A program made the position numbers and the translations under genes. The notes under the pieces were generated by a model. That model was given only the letters and a program-made list of their open reading frames with translations. It ran no database searches and was not told the origin of the DNA. Of a DNA stretch of 64,000 nucleotides, positions 54,951 through 64,000 are shown piece after piece. Within the stretch, counting starts at the first letter, position 1; each line of letters begins with the position of its first letter. Source of the DNA: Octopus vulgaris. Lineage: Eukaryota. Location of the stretch: the NCBI GenBank assembly GCA_951406725.2, contig OX597826.1:46562001-46626000 (forward strand). The letters run 5' to 3'.

Positions 54951-55053
54951 TAATTAAGATTCAGTTGAATTAGGTACTTATGTTGGAGCACCAAGTCAGT
55001 CCATTATTATCAGCACAGCTCGAAGGCGAATAAAATTAAAATATCTTGGATAT

Positions 55054-55110
<57 letters not shown>

Positions 55111-55112
55111 AT

Positions 55113-55227
<115 letters not shown>

Positions 55228-55231
55228 TGTA

Positions 55232-55311
<80 letters not shown>

Positions 55312-55322
55312 TATATATATAT

Positions 55323-55396
<74 letters not shown>

Positions 55397-55398
<2 letters not shown>

Positions 55399-56240
55399 TT
55401 CAACAATTGAGGGTAAAATTAATTAATTAATCAATTTCACCAAGTATTCAGTATACAAAGGGACCATTTAAGGCGAATTCAAATTATTACATTATATAAA
55501 AGGGCTTAGTAAAATAAATTACTTTGCCGCATACTGAACTCATTAGAAATAGCAGCTAAAAAAACTTTTTTAAAAACTTTCTTTAAGTATTGGAGATAGT
55601 TTTAAAAAGTTTTTTTTAGCTGCTATTTCTAATGAGTTCAGTATGCGGCAAAGTAATTTATTTTACTAAGCCCTTTTATATAATGTAATAATTTGAATTC
55701 GCCTTAAATGGTCCCTTTGTATACTGAATACTTGGTGAAATTGATTAATTAATTAATTTTACCCTCAATTGTTGAAATTATAATTCATCTCTCTCTATAT
55801 AATGCCTCGGATTTTACCGAAAAAAGCATAATGTTTGCTGATTTTAACCCACGCTGGTGGAAAGGGGAGAGCAGAAATTCTTCGTTTGCATATTTGAATT
55901 TGCTAACACTGTTAGTTTTGAACAGATCTTCAGAAGCGATAACAGGCCGAAAGGGTATGTTCCCGCTTTCAGTGTTTTCAAATCCAAACCAGGGAGTTCT
56001 GAGCTGATGATAGAAGTGTCGATTTGACTAATCTTGAAACGTACGTTCTCAAATAACCTTTGCATTTGATTTTTTAATGTCTCTACCCTCATACTTTCGT
56101 GAGTTGAATTGAGCAAACACTATACGAGAGAGATTTTCTTTAAGTATTGGAGATAGTTTTAAAAAAGTTTTTTTAGCTGCTATTTCTAATGAGTTCAGTA
56201 TGCGGCAAAGTAATTTATTTTACTAAGCCCTTTTATATAA
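55397..56240 (+). mobile_element. Non-autonomous PLE/retrozyme-like element: inverted arm + 557-bp monomer + partial tandem, in (TA)n
   Basis: About 180-bp near-perfect inverted arms 55397-55577 / 55598-55778; direct repeat at 55578 and 56135; internal hammerhead. Confidence 0.8.
56000..56051 (+). ncRNA. Minimal type I hammerhead ribozyme
   Basis: Stem I UGAG/CUCA, intact core CUGAUGA, stem II AGA..GUC/GAC..UCU, GAAA, palindromic stem III C-GUAC-G, GUU cleavage triplet. Confidence 0.7.
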
Positions 56241-57507
56241 TATATATATATACATATATTCATCAATATGTTTACATACCTATCTATAAGTGTGTGTGAG
56301 TATGCATATATGGAAAGGGAAGAGGGACAGAGGGAAGGAGACAAAGAATAGAAGAGAAAATAATGGGTGAATAAAAAGGAACAAATCCTCGATGGCGTTT
56401 ACGTATGTTTTATATATACGCAACAGTGTGGTTTTGTTATAAGTGCGTGACGTGTCTTCCATTGCTAAACATTCCAGCAACATATGTTGTACACAAAATG
56501 GCCGCCGCTCAAGTAAATTCTCCCCTTCCACCATTTTTATCATAAGGTGTTATAGTTGTTACTTTTGTTGCCGGACTCCCCATTTACTTAACAAGATATG
56601 ACACTTCCCGCTGGGGATACTGTATTCTACAGCCATCCAATCGTACGGCTGGCTGTCGGGATAAGTTAATTCCACTCCTATTTTTAAATTGTATGAAAAT
56701 TGTTTGTGACGCTGACTGTAAAAAATATAGAAGAAAAGAGGGGAGAAACGCTGATCAGACGGATATCGTTCAAACTTCCTTTATGCGCCAGATCCTTTTA
56801 TAGACTTAAAGACATTCTTTTACATTCCATAATCCACGACATAACAAATAGAAAAAAAAAAGGAACAAAAAGGAAGAGAAAGTAACAGAGACAAATATAA
56901 CTTTTTTTTCTTTGTTTTACGATTGTATTGTTTCTATTTTCAATAATTTCTTTTCTTTTCTTTGTATTTGCTTAAGCACACTCCTTGTTGTAAACTTATT
57001 CAAATGCTGTTTATTACATGTTGCAAAATAAACTTCCTTACAAGGCGCCGTAGAAATGGCTTGAAGGTAAACAATATTTAGCAAACGGATTACGGTCTTA
57101 ATTAACAATTGGAATTTTTTTTCAAATAAACAGCGATGTTTCCTCCCACCTCTCACTTTCATTCTCCAGAAAATTGTTTTATAATAATAAAAAAATAATA
57201 ACAAAACAAAGCGAAACAAAAAAGAAATGCCGTATAATGCGGTATATGTATCGGTTTTCTGTCTTACACTTCAACATTACAGGGTGGAAAGTCTTTCATG
57301 TAACGACACTAAATTTAGCGACAAAAAATGTAAGACATAACTTGGCATTAAATTGCCAAACAAGAGGGTCGGTAGGAGGTACAAAACAATTATAGATGAT
57401 AATTAGTCTAAGGATTTGAATTAATAAGCAATTAGACAACTGACATTGCGTTTGGAAGTCAATGGCGGAATTAACATCAGCAGAGTTCGTACTGACGCCA
57501 AATTCAT

Positions 57508-57551
<44 letters not shown>

Positions 57552-57554
<3 letters not shown>

Positions 57555-57750
57555 CAATATAGGGTAGCAAAAAATTCAATAGAAATTTTTTCGCCACCAG
57601 TGGTCTAGTGAGAAAGAGAAAATAGTCAGACTATGTATATAAATTCAACAACAATTGAGGAACGGCCTCAATAGGCCATTCGACCCACTAGAAAGAGCAG
57701 CCAGGACTCAAACCACCAAGTAGTAGTAATTCAGAAATTAAAGGAAAATT
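57552..57750 (-). mobile_element. PLE-type terminal cassette fragment next to (TA)n
   Basis: AGGGTA...CACCAGTGG.CTAG...TAGAAAGAGCAGCC, homologous to 39200-39370. Confidence 0.6.
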
Positions 57751-57879
57751 AAAAAACATTTACCTTGTATGTATGTATGTATGTATGTATGTATGTATGT
57801 ATGTATGTATGTATGTATGTATGTGTGTGTGTATGGCTATATGTATACATACATACATACATACATATATATATATATA

Positions 57880-58023
57880 GGCGCAGGCGAGGCTGTGTGG
57901 CAAGAAGTTTGTTTCCCAGCCACATGCTTCCAGGCTCAGTAACACTACACACCACCTTGAGCAAATGTCTTTTACTATAACCTCGGACCGAGGAACCTGA
58001 AAATATCCCATCGTATATGTATG

Positions 58024-58061
<38 letters not shown>

Positions 58062-58297
58062 AATAAGTAAATATATGTATATGTATATGTGTGCGTGTGT
58101 GTGTGTGTGTAATTGTCCCCCACCCCACTATGCTGTTGTGCTTATGTCCCTGTAACTTAGTGGTTTGGCAAAAGAGACCCATAGAATAAGTACTAGTCTT
58201 ACAAAGAATAAGTCCCGGGTCGATTTCTTCGACTAAAGTGCTTTAAGACAGTGCTCCAACATGGCCGCAATCAAATGATTGAAACAAATAAAAGAAT

Positions 58298-58298
<1 letters not shown>
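57880..58298 (+). mobile_element. SINE family B, full length, diverged
   Basis: Same head, body and CR1-like tail as 1441-1873. Confidence 0.82.
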
Positions 58299-58379
<81 letters not shown>

Positions 58380-58532
58380 TGTGTGTTCGACGAAGAGCCA
58401 TGTTCCAAACGTCAAACTCTCTCCTTTCACCGGGCATCAACATTATTTTATTATAGCGCATTGTTGTACTTTTCAAAACTTTTATTCTTTACAAACAATA
58501 CACAATGCTTCAAGCGAACTACAATACTATCC

Positions 58533-58600
<68 letters not shown>

Positions 58601-58601
<1 letters not shown>

Positions 58602-58999
58602 CTTTATATATAAAAGAGAAGTAGTGAGTCTGTCTCCTACGATTTAGATTCCTAACTACTCCCACATTTTGCGGTGCAGTTTAACCCAAACCGGGTATCT
58701 TATAGTCGTGATTCATATCGAGCTCTTCTGGGTATTAGCGCGCGTCTACGATGAGTCTACGATTTAAAAAAATATTTAGCATCATTTCTTTCCATTTTAA
58801 TGCATTTTTTTCGCTATTATATACGGGAAGTAACTCTCTAAAAATGTCTACGATGAGTCAACGATTTAAAAAAAAATTTACCATAATTTTTTTTCCATTT
58901 TTAATGCATTTTTTTGCTATTTTGTGGCTATAACTCTCTAAAAATGCTTATATAGTTATTTCCCTTACAAACACGAGCAACGCCGGGCGATACTGCTAG
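58601..58999 (+). mobile_element. Non-autonomous Helitron
   Basis: A|TC 5' end, subterminal GC-rich hairpin CGAGCAACGCCGGG, CTAG|T 3' end, no TSD; internal ~100-bp duplication starting GTCTACGATGAGTC. Confidence 0.85.
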
Positions 59000-59004
59000 T
59001 ACTT

Positions 59005-59210
59005 AATAAAAAGGGTTCAGCAAAGATTTGCTTTATCACATACCGAAGTTTAGAAACAGCAGCCAAAAATCTTAGCTATTTCTTCTACTTTAAAAAGAGA
59101 CTTAAGTATTACTTAAGTTTACCGTGAAATGGTCCTTTTTTCATACCGAATTCTACTTGGTGAAATTATTGATTACTTCTTAATTAATTAATTTTACCCT
59201 TTGTTTTATA
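59005..59210. mobile_element. Diverged relative of the 55397-56240 element
   Basis: TTAGAAACAGCAGCCAAAA arm plus AAATGGTCC..TACTTGGTGAAATT..AATTAATTAATTTTACCCT terminus before (TA)n. Confidence 0.65.
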
Positions 59211-59525
59211 TATATATATAGCGTACTGTTTACCTCTTTGTAGAATCAGTAAAATCGTGCATCATGTGTATGTGTATTTGTGTGTGTGTGTGTGTGTGAG
59301 TGTGTGTGTGTGTGTGTGTGTTGTGCAGGTTAAGGTGTGTTTGTGTGTATGTTTTCGTGTAAGAGTGTATCCTGAAGCCAATGATGTAAAAAGGATTAAA
59401 TAAAAGTATGTTTCAAAATGATCAGAAAACATACATATGTCCTGTGTATATAAGACACAGAATGAAAAAGTGCAAAAAAACTGAATAAATTAATGACCTG
59501 ATTGAACATTTGTTAATTACGTGAT

Positions 59526-59860
59526 GAAGGCGCGTGGCTCAGTGGTTAGAGCGTCGAGCTTACGATCGTGAGGTTGTGAGCTCGAATCCCGGACCGGGCT
59601 GAGTGTTGTGTTCTTGAGCAAGACACTTTATTTCACGTTGCTCCAGTTCACTCAGCTGTAGAAATGAGTTGCGACGTCACAGGTGCCAAGCTGTATCGGC
59701 CCTTGCCTTTCCCTTGGACAACATCGTGGAGAGGGGAGGCCGGTATGCATGGGCGACTGCTGGTCTTCCATAAAAAAAAAACCTTGCCCAGACTTGTGCC
59801 TCAGAGGGTAACTCTCTAGGTGCAAACCCATGGTCAGTGTCTGACCGAAGGGGGTCACAC
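59526..59860 (+). mobile_element. SINE family D, full length
   Basis: A box TGGCTCAGTGG, B-box-like CTCGAATCC; 11-bp TSD AATTA(C/T)GTGAT. Confidence 0.9.
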
Positions 59861-60624
59861 AATTATGTGATAATATTGTCGTTGTTAACTCCAATTCTCC
59901 CAGCTGCAGCTCTTAACCTCTCACTATTCTTAAATGTACATCGCTTTATTCTTTTCGGATACTGTTGCTGTCAGAAGTGTCATTTCATTCTTATTTAGGC
60001 AGCAAAAGAATTAATTAATTTAGTCACATCTCAGCACATAAAACACTTCCAGCTTCAAAGTTAGTTTCTCTTCAGAGGAAATTGATGATTCTTGAAAAAT
60101 AATGGCCAGAATTTTTATTTTATGTTTACGTCTTGGAGAAACGTTATGCATTTTAGTTTCCTAAGAACTATAATTATGTGGGGGGGGGCAACTCTAAGAG
60201 ATGATGCAGCCTGGTAGAGCCAATCTTAGAATACGATGGCATGCTTCGTACGCTGAAAATTTTTGTGTTTAGCTTAATAGATGTTAACAAACTTTTTGAC
60301 AGCTGTTGACTTTCTCTTACGTCAGACACAATGTCTTTTAAAGAAAATAATACTTAAAGTAACTGTTACTCACAGAAATACTGTGGTCATTGGGTTTTAC
60401 CCATTCAAGAGTCCGTAAAGCACAATTAGTACTGAGGATATTCAATCAGGGCTCTTAGGTGTAGTCTGTTGCTTAAAAAAGCATGAGAAACATTGTCAAG
60501 TTGATGAAATCGACTCAACTACTTGAATAGGACTTGGTTTATTGCCCCTGTACAGATGAAAGACATTGCTGATCGCTGCATCACTTGAGCTCAGAATGTA
60601 AAGCGCCGAAACTAAATATCGGTT

Positions 60625-60838
60625 TCCAATCAAATTTTGGCACAAGGCCAGAAATTTCAGAGGAAGAGTAAGTTGATTACACCGACTCTAGTGCTCAGGT
60701 GGTACTTATTTTATCGGTTTGAAAGGATGAAAGTCCAAGTCGGCTTCAAAGACATTTGAACTCAGAACTTAAAGTGGGGAAAAAAATCATCGCTAAGCAT
60801 TTTGCCTAGTACCGTAACAACCCTGCTAGTTCGCCGTT
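60625..60838 (-). mobile_element. SINE family A, diverged
   Basis: Family A motifs in reverse; an older copy precedes it at about 60500-60620. Confidence 0.75.
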
Positions 60839-60936
60839 GCAAGGCATCTTGTTTGACTCTAACAATTTTGCCAATATTTTACTAAAATAAATCCTAGGAT
60901 CACTCTCACGTTGTAGATAAGCTCTGGTGATGCTGT

Positions 60937-61335
60937 TGCCACTGTTGCTGTTGAGCGAAGCGGTCGTCGTCCCAGAGCTCGCAAGATCGCGCCTCTGTAG
61001 TGGGAGAAGTCCGAAACGTGGTCCTTTGCTATTCGTAAGACCCGCAGAAGAGAAAGCAGGTCAACCTCCCGACACCGAGAGCATCGACAGATGGATGAAT
61101 GCGCATCCAGGTTCAGCGGTTGCGTAGGCAGTCGGGGACAAGAAACAGGAAGAAAGAGTGAGAGAAAGTTGGGGCGAAAGAGTACAACAGGGGTCGCCAC
61201 CAACCCCTACTGGAGCCACGTGGAGCTTTAGGTGTTTTCGCTCAATAAACACACACAACGCCCGGTTTGGGAATCGAAACCGCGATCCTCCGACCGCGAG
61301 TCCGTTGCCCTAACCATTGGGCCATTGCGCCTCCA
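60937..61335 (-). mobile_element. SINE family C, tail type 3
   Basis: Family C head and body with a distinct GC-rich tail ending in CAACAG repeats; 13-bp TSD CTGGTGATGCTGT. Confidence 0.9.
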
Positions 61336-62061
61336 CTGGTGATGCTGTATGGTTTGCAGGAAGAAATGAAAAATCATAACGCATTTAGTAATGTAAAAGT
61401 GATTAACCAAGAGAGACAAATGAGTATTGTCTCGAGTCCTAGGACAGCTAGGACCAGTCAACCGGTTTCCATGGGGTATTAGTAACCGAGATCACCATAG
61501 TCTCCCTGGACGGGGAGCCTGTCCAGCGCAGGGTTTCCCATTTACAGATTAGAAGAATGAAGCAACGCTGAATGAATTGTTTTTACCCATGAACACAACA
61601 TACTACCCGATCCGAGAATCGAAATCACGATTTCAAGATCATGATCTTCTTAACTATACGGCCTGTGCCATTCAGTGGGACTGAACTCGAACGCACGCGG
61701 TTACTAAACCAGCTTAATCTCATAGTTATGCATGGATTAGACAGGTTTCTGTGTTATTAAACGGCTAAAATGAATCTCTGGTGATGTAATGTAGCAACGG
61801 TTTTGCTGAGTCTACATATGGTAATCAGTCGTTGTCAAAGCTACGATATATTTCACTTGCGAAATGGCATAATCTCTTCTCTGACTTAATAAAAATAAAA
61901 TAGATAAACATATAAACAAACAAAATCTAATTTAAGCTGTGATGTTAGCTGAGGTGAACTAAAATAAAACAAGTTATTTTTATTTTCTAATTTTACACAC
62001 TTGAAAAATCCTTGACAAATAAACGATAAAGAGGGAAATACGAACATGGCATAACAAAAAA

Positions 62062-62522
62062 ACTACTACTACTACTACTACTACTAACTCTACCACCACC
62101 ACCACCATCATCACTCCCACTGCCACCACCACTATACTACAACTACTATCACTACACCTACAACTACTACCACCATCACCACCACACCACACCACTGTCA
62201 CTACTACTACCACCACTATCACCACTACTACTACTACTACCACCACCACTAACACTACCACCACCACTATACTACAACTACTACCACCATCACCACTACT
62301 CCACCACACCACATCACTATCACTACTACCACTACCATCACCACCACCACTACTACCACCACCACCACCACCAACAACAACACCACTATACTACAATTAC
62401 TACCACCATCACCACTACACCACCACACCACATCACTATCTCTACTACCACTACCATCACCACCACCACCACCACCAGCAACAACAACACTACTACTTCT
62501 ACTACTGTTGATAATACTAAAC

Positions 62523-62587
<65 letters not shown>

Positions 62588-62614
62588 GGTAATAACAATA
62601 ATAATAATAATAAC

Positions 62615-62657
<43 letters not shown>

Positions 62658-62675
62658 GTAATGATAATAATAATT
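62062..62675. repeat. (ACC/ACT)n and (AAT)n low-complexity tract
   Basis: Trinucleotide repeats. Confidence 0.93.
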
Positions 62676-63569
62676 AAATGATCAAAAAGAAGCCGAAGAA
62701 AACAGAATTCTTCAAAAATGGAAATCGTGGGAGAGCTTGAAGGTGTGTAGCGGTGGTTACTGAAAAAATTTAAACAAACACATTACGGCTAGAAATGATT
62801 GCGCAATAGCTGGGAAACTTGTTTTTTAGGAAGAGGCCAAGGGTTGTGCTTAATGCTTTACTTTGTGTTTAGCACTTAGATCAAACACTGCTCGTTTTAT
62901 TTTTCAAGTTGGCTCTCGACGCTTCCTAATTTACTATTAAGCTATCGTTAAGTATACTTGACATTTGTCATATTCAGTTCGTTTACTGTCGAAAAACTAT
63001 CCTTCGAACGCTCATTATGTGTAATTAGTCGGTGATTTGCTATTCTTTCAACATTCTTCTCAGTCGATAAGTTTATATTTGTAAAAGTGTTTGTGTCTTC
63101 TTGTGGAGTGAGTAATAAGAGTGAAATTTGTTGTAAAAAAAACGATTGAAGTAACGGAGACGAGGTATTTACAAATGTTTTTTTCGAGGATATTTATAAC
63201 TAAAGCTAACAAGAATAAATTCATTGAAGAAAGAGGCAGTGGGAGGCAGGGAGAGATAAAGCCTTTATGTGAACGCTGAATGTGCTAGAAATAGCAACCA
63301 AATTTCTCTAAAATATAATCTTATCGACATAAGAATGAAAGCTTGCTGATGTTACTATATCCACCTATTATTATGCAACGGCCCCACGTCGAATTATGAT
63401 CTGTGGTAATGTTACCCTCATTTAATGCTTCTGTGGAAAATTAAACAAATCATCATCAGCATAATCATCATCCTCATCCTCATCCTCATCATCCTCATCA
63501 TCATCATCATCATCATCATTGTCGTCGTCATCATCGTCGTCGTCCTCGACATCATTATCATCGATCGTT

Positions 63570-63972
63570 AGAACGTTAGAAAAAAATCCATGCGACATAT
63601 CTTGCGGCTATTGACGTTCTGGGTTCAAAACCTACTGAAGTCAACTTTGCTTTTTATTCCTTTAGGGTCGATAACACGTGAAATATTGAGATCGATGTAA
63701 TCGACTAACAACCTCTCGCAAAATTTAGGGCCTTGTGCTTATAGTAGAAATAATAATAATTATTATTATTAAGTATTATTAAGGCGGTGATCTAGTAGAA
63801 TCGTTAGCACGCCGGGCAAAATGCTGCGTGGCATTTAATCTGTCTTTCCGTTCTGAGTTCAAATGCTGCCGTGGTCGACTTTGCCTTTCATCTTCTCGGG
63901 GCCAGTTGAGAACTGGAATCAATGTAATCGATTTATCCCTCAATTGCTGGCCATGTGCCAAAATTTGAAACC
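63570..63972 (+). mobile_element. Two SINE family A copies around an (ATT)n tract
   Basis: 63570-63750 and 63781-63972. Confidence 0.8.
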
Positions 63973-64000
63973 ATCATTATTAAGTAAACTGACAACGCAG

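Noticed and set aside
59526-59600. tRNA gene (also 45287, 48430)
   Set aside because: A and B boxes are present, but there is no proper acceptor stem, and the sequence continues into a SINE body bounded by TSDs.
60995-61030. Hammerhead-like GGA-GAAG-TCC-GAAAC..GTC
   Set aside because: Core CUGANGA is absent and stem I cannot form.
63284-63297. GCTAGAAATAGCAA identical to part of the SpCas9 sgRNA scaffold
   Set aside because: 14-nt match only; flanks do not continue the scaffold, and the motif resembles the local TAGAAATAGCAG repeat motif.

Overview
AT-rich, microsatellite-dense eukaryotic non-coding DNA. The SINE families and the R4/Dong, RTE and Penelope content look like an Octopus (coleoid cephalopod) genome; this is recognition from memory, not a search result. 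I find no intact host protein-coding gene, rRNA, true tRNA or CRISPR array. Most ORFs in the track are translated microsatellites or SINE sequence, and the meaningful ones are decayed transposon fragments. These include R4/Dong non-LTR pieces in (AAT)n tracts, scrambled Tx1/L1 fragments, RTE and CR1 3' ends, two Penelope-like (PLE) remnants, a maT-type Tc1/mariner transposase, hAT/piggyBac/mariner/Merlin-like MITEs, a non-autonomous Helitron and dozens of copies of four tRNA-derived SINE families (called A-D here). The most interesting signal is a set of short non-coding cassettes, mostly embedded in (TA)n, with Penelope-style inverted plus partial-tandem architecture and shared terminal motifs. 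Several carry type I hammerhead ribozyme folds (best case 56000-56051), which suggests a retrozyme-like non-autonomous PLE system. Also notable: two SINE/LINE tail partnerships visible inside the window, swappable SINE tails, and SINE bodies amplified as 184-bp tandem arrays.
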